Origin: Scyliorhinus canicula
Lineage: Eukaryota
Length of the DNA stretch: 64,000 nt
NCBI RefSeq assembly: GCF_902713615.1
Contig: NC_052158.1
Coordinates: 5,879,196-5,943,195 of the forward strand
Direction of reading: 5' to 3'
Below are positions 34,901 through 43,900 of the stretch, piece after piece (position 1 is the first letter of the stretch; every line of letters begins with the position of its first letter). A program made the translations under genes and the position numbers. Below the pieces are notes generated by a model. That model did not search any database. It was not told the origin of the DNA and saw nothing but the letters and a program-made list of their open reading frames with translations.

Positions 34901-37900
34901 CTCAGGGGAGGAGCAAGGTTGAGAAGGCGGGGCCTCCATGGATAACCTCAGCTGGAACAGGAATTGAACCCTCGCTGCTGGCCTCGCTGTGCAGCACCAA
35001 CCAGCTGCCTAGCCAAGTGAGCTCAACACGCCCCCTCAAATAATCATCTAATGCCCCCTTGAATGCTTCCATTGAACTTGCTTCCGCCACACCCCCAGGC
35101 CGTGCATCCCCAACCCCAACCACTGGCTGAGTGAAAAAGCTTTTTCTCACATCACATTTCCTTCTATTGCAAATCCCTTTAAATCTGTGCCCTCCCGTTC
35201 CTGATCCTTTTACAAATGGGAATAATTTGGATCGGATTGGATTGGTTTATTTTCATGTGTACCGAGGAACAGTGAAAGGTATTGTTCCGCGTGCAGCTCA
35301 GACAGATCATTCCATACATGAAAAGAAAATACATAATAGGGCAAACATAAAATACACAATGTACATAAAATACACAATAGAACATACAACATAGAACGTT
35401 ACAGTGCAGTACAGGCCCTTCAGCCCTCGATGTTGCGCCGACCTGTGAAACCACTCTAAAGCCCATCTACACTATTCCCTTATCGACCATATGCCTATCC
35501 AATGACCATTTGAATGCGTTTAGTGTTGGCGAGTCCACTACTGTTGCAGGCAGGGCATTCCACGCCCTTACTACTCTCTGAGTAAAGAACCTACCTCTGA
35601 CATCAGTTCTCTATATCTATCTCCCCTCAATTTAAAGCTATGTCCCCTCGTGCTAGACATCACCATCCGAGGAAAAAGGCTCTCACTGTCCACCCTATCT
35701 AATCCTCTGATCATCTTGTCTGCCTCAATTAAGTCACCTCTTAACCTTCTTCTCTCTAACCAAAACAGCCGCAAGTCCCTCAGCCTTTCCTCGTAAGATC
35801 TTCCCTCCATACCAGGCAACATCCTGGTAAATCTCCTTTGCACCCTTTCCAATGCTTCCACATCCTTCCTATAATGCGGCAACCAGAACTGCATGCAATG
35901 TAAATACATAGACACAGGCATTGGGTGAAGCATACAGGGTGTAGTGTTAATGAGGTCAGTCCATAAGAGGGTTGTTTAGGAGTCTGGTGACGGTGGGGAA
36001 GAAGCTGTTTTTGAGTCTGTTCGTGCGTGTTCTCAGACTTCTGTATCTCCTGCCCAATGGAAGAAGTTGGAAGAGTGAGTAAGCCGGGTGGGAGGGATCT
36101 TTGATTATGCTGCCCGCTTTCCCCCGGCAGCGGGAGGTGTAGATGGAGTCAATAGATGGGAGGCAGATTCGCGTGATGGACACGACTCTCTGTAGTTTCT
36201 TGCGGTCCTGGGTCGAGCAGTTGCCATACCAGGCTGTGATGCAGCCAGATAGGATGCTTTCTATGGTGCACCTGTAAAAGTTGGTAAGAGTCAATGTGGA
36301 CATGCCAAATTTCCTTAGTTTCCTGAGGAAGTGTAGGCGCTGTTGTGCTTTCTTGGTGGTAGCGTCGACGTGGGAGGACCAGGACAGATTGTTGGTGATG
36401 TGTATCCCTAGGAATTTGAAGCTGTCAACCATCTCCACCTCGGCCCCGTTGATGCTGACAGAGGTGTGTACAGTACTTTGCTTCCTGAAGTCAGACCTGC
36501 AGTCCACTCTATACAGCCCCTCATGATTTTGAACATCTCTATAAAATTGCCTCTTGTCCTTCTTCTCTCTAATCCATCCCCATAACTTGAGTTTCTCGCC
36601 CCTGTAGCCATTCTTGTCAAGCTCTCCTGCGCTCTCTCCAATACGTTCACATCCTTCCTATAGTGTGGCAGCCAGAACTGTGCACAATATTCCAGCTGTG
36701 GTCTAGCTAGTGTCTTGTATAACCTCTTTGTTCTTGTACTCAATGCCCGGGATGCATTAAGCCTTATTAACTGCTCTCTCCACCTCTCCTGCCACCTGCA
36801 ATGATCTCTGCACAGATACACGCTTTGCTCCTTTATTTTTTCCCTTTATTTTATAATTTCTCTCCATGTTCTACGTACCAAAACTCATCACCTCACACTT
36901 CTCTGCATTGAACTCCATCTCCCACCTCTCCGCCCACTCCAACAACTTGTCTGGGCCTCACGGTAGCATGGTGGTTAGCATCAATGCTTCACAGCTCCAG
37001 GGTCCCAGGTTCGATTCCCGGCTGGGACACTGTCTGTGTGGAGTCTGCACGTCCTCCCCGTGTGTGCGTGGGTTTCCTCCGGGTGCTCCGGTTTCCTCCC
37101 ACAGTCCAAAGATGTGCGGGTTAGGTGGATTGGCCATGATAAATTGCCCGTAGTGTAAGGTTAATGGGGGGTTTGTTGGGTTACATGGGTTTAAGTGGGG
37201 TGATCATTGCTCGGCACAACATTGAGGGCCGAAGGGCCTGTTCTGTGCTGTACTGTTCTATGTTCTATATCCTTTTGAAGTTCTACACTGTCCTCACAGT
37301 TTACAATGCTTCCAGGTTTGAAATTGCCCCCATGCACACCAAGATCTTGATCATTAATATATATCTGGAAAAGCAAGGCTCCCGACATGGGCCCCTGAGG
37401 AACAGATAAACATAGCAATTAGGAGCAGAAGCAGGCAATTCAGCCCCTTGATCCTGCTCCATTCATTCAGATCATGGCTGTTCTCTTCCTGGTCACAAAT
37501 CCACATTCCACCTCTTCCCTAGATCACTTTATCCCGTGTTTTTTATATCAGAAATATATCTATCTCCTTCTTGAAACCATTTAATGATTCAGGCACCACC
37601 TCACTATGGGGTAGCGAGTTCCACAAATTCACCACCATCTACGAGAAGTAGTTCCTCCTCATCGCAGCTGCAAATCTACCACCTCTCAACCTATATGTGT
37701 GATTCCTCCAGCCTGAAATAATACCCTTTGACTATTGCTCCCTGTTTTCGTCTATTCAGCCAATTTTGCATCCACGCTGCCATTGACCTTTTTTTGCTCC
37801 GTGAACTGTAACTATAACCTTTCCCACAAGTCTGTTTGGTGTGCCAGTCCATCGGAATGCTTTAACTTTTCCCTAAAATTCCCTCGTGTTTCAGAGGAGG

Positions 37901-40900
37901 AAACCACGCGCAAGCACTCTGAGAACAGAGGATGATGTTAATAATATTATTGAGAACAGAGTGAGAAAACACTATTGCAAGGACAGTCCAGTATCTATAT
38001 AACTGAAAAGGACAACAATTAGATGTTTATAATTGGACTAGGCTACAATTACTTTGTGGGCACTTGTTTTGGTCACAGATGCACCGTAAGCACATTTTGT
38101 TCAGTAAGTATACAATGTTTATTTTTAATCGGCCTGTTTAATGGTTGTGAAAGTACTTGCATTCACAGTGTATCGGTTATAACTGGGCCAGAAAGTACTT
38201 CCTTTCAGTTGAGCTAATTAGCTATTGTCCAACCTTGAGGGTGAGAACATGGATCTCAAAATAAAAAGCAACAGAGTATTAGTGTTGTTTCACTGTCATC
38301 AAAATGGGAGGAAAGTTGCAAAGCGGCAGCCTGTTATAGAATCCGCCCGATTTTTAGCTTCAGTGCTGAAGTACAAGCTGGAAGTTTCTAGAACAATGGC
38401 GGACGACGTGCGGCCCACCTGGGTTCTGGGTGCGGCCCACGAGACACTTTGTTGACGGTTGTCCAGGCACAGGTTTGCCACATTCCGCTGAATTCCGTCC
38501 GCGTAATTTTTTTTCCCCTATCGGTATGACTGAAGTGATTTGCCCGTAAAGCGAGGGCGACTGAAGTGGGGTGTGTTCTGATTGCTCCCAACATTGACTG
38601 TGAGAGCCGTGCGCTCCCTCTGTGTCCAAAGTGTAAATATTTCTTTTGATTTTAACATTTGAAGTTGACGACAGTTCCATTAATATATGAACGATTTAGC
38701 ATTTTCTGTAACTCGTTATGAAATATTCGGTGTGTTTCTAATTGTATTTATTCTTATTCATGGGGGTCAGGGTACGTGAACAAGCCCAATTTCAATCTTG
38801 AGGCCCACTCAGATGAAGGCGGGTCACTTGTGCGGCCCACCCGCTAGCCGAGGTTACCCACCGCTGTTCTAGAATGAACAAATCACTCGCAAGGTCAGGT
38901 TTAAGACTGGGCGACATGATAAAAACCTGTCCAATATGTCTGAAGAGTTTGTCTAACCATTACAGAAACTATTGTCCCAAGTCCCTGGACAACAACGTAT
39001 ACATCATCAGGGGGGATGGGGTGGCGTAGTGATATCGTCAGTGGGCTACTGATTCGGAATTCGGAAACCTGCTCTGGGTTCGAATCCCACTAAGACCTAT
39101 GATGGAATTTGATTTTGATAAAAATCTGGAAATGCAAATCGAATGATGACCATGAAACCATTGTCGGTTATCGTAAAAATTCACACGGTTCATTAATGTC
39201 CTTTAAGGAAGGAAATCTGCCACCTTTACCCAATCTGGCCTACACGTGACAACCACACTAATGTGACTGACTCTTAACTGCCCTCAAGGATGGGCAATAA
39301 ATATTGGCTCAGCCAGTGACACCACCATGAATGAATTTAAAAAAAAACTTTTCTAGCTTTAAAGTTTCTTTTACCTGAGCTTTTTTTTGTACAAATCAAG
39401 GAAACCTTCTTACCTGGGCAGATGGTGTCTATCATCTGTCTCCACACCATGTATTGCAAAGGTCCTTTGAACAGTCCCAGAGGCAGATTCCCACTGCTCA
39501 ATATGCGTTGACTCTCTTCACTGATAATGTAAACATGTAATGATTGGTATCGCAAAGTGATTCTCAAATAATATAGATTTTTTGGTTTAGGTATAGAGTT
39601 TCTGTGAAGAACTTCCTATTACCTCTTTTGTCCACAAGCTTCTTCCTAAAGGTAAAATAGAAGAGGTATCTTAGCTGGGCATTATATCGTACTGGTGATA
39701 GTTCAGACAAAAGCCAGCATCAACATCAGCACCAAAATATCCAAACCTCAATTAGATCATTAGAGGAGGATCAAAGAGGCCCAAGTGAATATTAAACATG
39801 CCCGTTTCGTGTATAATTGATATAGAAATTAAGAATTCTCTCCCCCGTGGGCTATGGATCTGCCACAACTGGACGAGTTTGATAGATTTATTTTGCTAAG
39901 GTTACAAATGGAGTTCAGATATAGACTGCACATGATCACATGAATGATGCACCACGTTTGAGACTCAATAGTTTGCTGCTCTTCCTCGATGATGAGGAGA
40001 CTTGTGTTATCATTGGAATGCTTGACTTTTCCATTTATCAATCCCTTTATCCATATTTTAGCCTCTCGCCCGATTAACAGCTTGCTCAGCCTAATAGATC
40101 ATGATAGACTAAGACAATGCTCCAAGGGCTGGGGCAATAAGAATAGTTTCTGGGGATCGGAAATTACACCTTTGGATACTGGCACACAAATCCCCTTGGT
40201 TTCAAATCTCCCTCTACCCCTCTACCCTCCCGACCTACAATCTTGATTTGATTTGATTTTGATCAAATCAGATCAAGGTTTGATTTGTTTGATTTGATTT
40301 GATTTATTGTCACATGTACCGAAGTACAGTGAAAAGTATTTTTCTGCGGCCAAGGGAACAGTACGTACATAATAGACAAAAAAGAATAGTAAGACAGAAC
40401 GACGATAAGAGATCAAAGAAAAGGGTCTGGGGGAGAGAGCTCGCAGATAGTCGCCGTGCTCCGGCGCCATCTTGGATTTCACAATCTCTCCATTCCAACA
40501 CATGTGTTAATCTATTTAGTGGCCGCTGTACATAGACAGAATGTCAGTATCATCCCTGAACCACTCCGAAAGCATATTCGGATGCTGGGTGGACAATTTG
40601 ATGGTATGGACTCCAGTGGGGCGTGGGAAGAAATACCAACCAACTCAACGATGAGGTAACTGACCCCACTGGCCTGAATTTCCCGTTCTCCCTTCTGCTG
40701 CGGGAACCGTTGTTGGCGGGATGGAGAAGTTGACAGGCCAACATAACGGTGCATTGACTTTGGGTGTGAAGTTCTGGTCCTGTGGCGTGAGGGAGCAGGG
40801 TTCAAACCAGCCTTCCGCCCACTCTCAAACGTTATGCCGGATTGGAAGAAATGGGAGTAGGAGTGGGCTATTTCGCTCCACATACCTGGCCTACCATTCA

Positions 40901-43900
40901 ATCACATCATGGCTAATCTGATTGTGCTCTTAACTCCACTGTCCTCCCCATTCCGACGTAGCCATTTTCTCAACTCAGAGACAACCGCCTTATTAAAATT
41001 ACAAGCACAGAGTTACAATGTTAATGCTAATATTGCTCATTCCTATGCTAGGCCCAGGGAATTAGAATTAAGAGAATATTTCCGATCTCAATTGTGCCTG
41101 AATTGAGACATTCATCACTAATTGACCTTGAGGTGAGTGTTTCGCTGGGGCCATTTCAAAGGGCAATTAAGAGTCAGACACAATGCTATGGCCTGGAGTC
41201 ACATGTAGGCTTGACCACATAAAGATATCCAATTTCCCCTCCCTTGAGGACAATAATCAACAATAGTTTCATAGTCATCATTTCACTTTCAATTCCAGAT
41301 TTGCATAACTTCCACCTTCTGCTCTGGTGGGATTTGAACCTGGGCCCCCAGAGTCTCTGGATTATAATCCAGTGACAATATCACAAGGTCACTGACCCTC
41401 CACTTTGCTGGCAAAGGAAGATTGATGTTTGACAGGATGCAAGCACCAACCTGCTGGGAAAACTAAAAGATGTTTGAGAAATGGATTCCTGCTTCTCACC
41501 TGGCATTGAGACCTGTGCTTTTATAATAATAATCTATCATTATTATTGTCACGAGGCTTAGACTAACACTGCAATGAAGTTACTGTGAAAATCCCCTCGT
41601 CGCCACATTCCGGCGCCTGTTCGGGTCACAGAGGGAGAATTCAGAATGTCCAAATTACCTAACAAGCATGTCTTTCGGGACTTGTGGGAGGAAACCGGAG
41701 CGCCCGGAGGAAACCCACACAGACACGGGCAGAACGTGCAGACTCCGCACAGACAGTGACCCAAGCCGGGAATCGAACCCGGGTCCCTGGCCCTGTGAAG
41801 CAACAGTGCTAACTACTGTGCTACCGTGCAAATGCAAGGGAACGTATGTCTGATTGACATGCAAGGAACATTGTGAAGACCGGGTATTTTCAAGGGAGCA
41901 TTTCAGAGGCATTCATTTTAGATACTATATCTGAATATAACAAACATTTTTCCATTCCAGCACAGTGGCGGAGTGGTTAGCACTGCTGCCTCACGGCGCC
42001 GAGGTCCCAGGTTCAATCCCGGCTCTGGGTCACTGTCCATGTGGAATTTGCACCTTCTCCCTGTGTCTGCCGAGGTCTCACCCCCCACAACTCAAAGATG
42101 TGCATGTTAGGTGGATTAGCCATGATAAATTGCCCCTTAATTGGAATAAAAGAATTAGGTACTCTAAATTAAAAAAAAACATTTCCCCATTCCCCATGAT
42201 CCTTGTACCTCCAAGAAGTTAATCAGCTCCCTCTGGTCCATGTTTGTGTGCAGCCGTGAGAGCTTTTGCAGGATGCATTCCAGGTGAATTTGTATCTGTT
42301 GAAGGTTCTTCTGCATTGCCTCCGAAATGCTCCCCTCATGGTCCTTCAGCTGACGGATCAAGCTCTCTTCTTTCACATCGAGGAACTGGTGCATTTTGGC
42401 AAACTCAGATGAAATGCGGTTCTGCAGACTGGCTGTCTTCTGCTGTGAGGAAAGACAAAAGGCAAGAGGGGAGAAAAGCGGGGAAATCTATAACGGCCGA
42501 ACGGCAGGCGGTGAAGGACAGACAGGGGGAGATGGGGGAGGGAACTTACCCCGATCTCGGAAATGCTCTGTTTTCCTTTCAACTTGGTTTCGAGAGCTGT
42601 GATCCTCTGCCTCAGCTTGTCCAAGGACGATTTCAGTCTATCCTAGGGTTAGAACCACTTTGTTAAAAAGAAGAAATATTGATACATCCAGGTTGAAAAA
42701 CAAGACCATATGTCGGGATGGTGGGGTTACCATGCCAATACCCACTTTTACATGCATGTTGTAGTTTGGACAGTTAAGGCAGGGGTCTCAACTTTCGTTC
42801 CATCACAGTGACGACGAGGGGTGGGACTATCAGGACCACCATCAGCGTATTTCCCAGCTACGGGCTGCTCGCTGGCTGTGGGATTCTACCATCCCACCAC
42901 TGGTCAATGAGGTTCCCCATTGTAACCGCCCCACGTCACCTCAAAACCCGCTGGCGGGGTGGGGGGTGCACTGCTGGCGGGAAAATTATATCGTGACGAC
43001 CGGAGAATTCCAGCCCTGGAACTTCTCCCACTCTTACCCACCATCGGTGTACGCTGGAAGGGTTTGCAGCTTGGCACTCAACCAGTTCGCTAAGTCTCTT
43101 GGGGAAGGAAATCTGCCGCCTTTACCCGGTCTGGCCTACATGTGACTCCAGACCCCTCAGCAATGTGACTGACTCTTAAGTGCCCCTCAGAAATGGTTGA
43201 GCAGTTTTAGGGCAAGTAGGGATGGGCAACAAATGGTGGACACGCCCGCAATACCTACATCCCAGGAATGAATCGGAAAAAAAAAGATTGTGCATTCCTT
43301 AACCATCAGGTACTGAGGTGGGACTGGAACCCAGAACATCGAGGGTTCAGGGGCGCACCCCAAGACCTCAACTGGGTGAAATAGGGGAACAACTTTAATT
43401 TCAGGAGAAGGCACAAAATAGGTGACATTGAATTGACCATCCCTGTTCCTCGGGTGAGGTACAGAATGGGCGATCGCTCGGAAAACGCCTGTTTTTGTGC
43501 CAAACTCATGTCCTGTGACAGATACAAAGTAGTTCTGAGGAAGAGTCACATTGGAAACGTTACCTTTGTATCTCTCCCCATGGATGCCGTTGGACCAGCT
43601 GAGCTTATCCAGTGCTTCCTGTTTTTTATTTATAGTAAGAAGTCTTACAACACCAGGTTAAAGTCCAACAGGCTTGTTTCAAACACTAGCTTTCGGAACG
43701 CAGCTCCTTCCTCGGGTGAATGGAGAGGTATGTTCCAGAAACATATATATAGACAAAGTCAAAGATGCAGATGATACTGTGAATGCGAGTCTTTGCAGAC
43801 ATATCCAGAGATAGGGGTAACCCCAGGTTAAAGAGGTGTGAATTGTCTCAAGCCAGGACAGTTGGTAGGATTTCTCAAGCCCAGGCCAGATGGTGGGGGG

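Noticed and set aside
35956-36507. 183-aa ORF as a host gene
   Set aside because: It is the C-terminal ORF2 region of a 5'-truncated Rex1/Babar-like LINE.
42440-42445. Tandem acceptor cag|CAG at exon 3 as a notable finding
   Set aside because: It would change one residue; NAGNAG sites are common.
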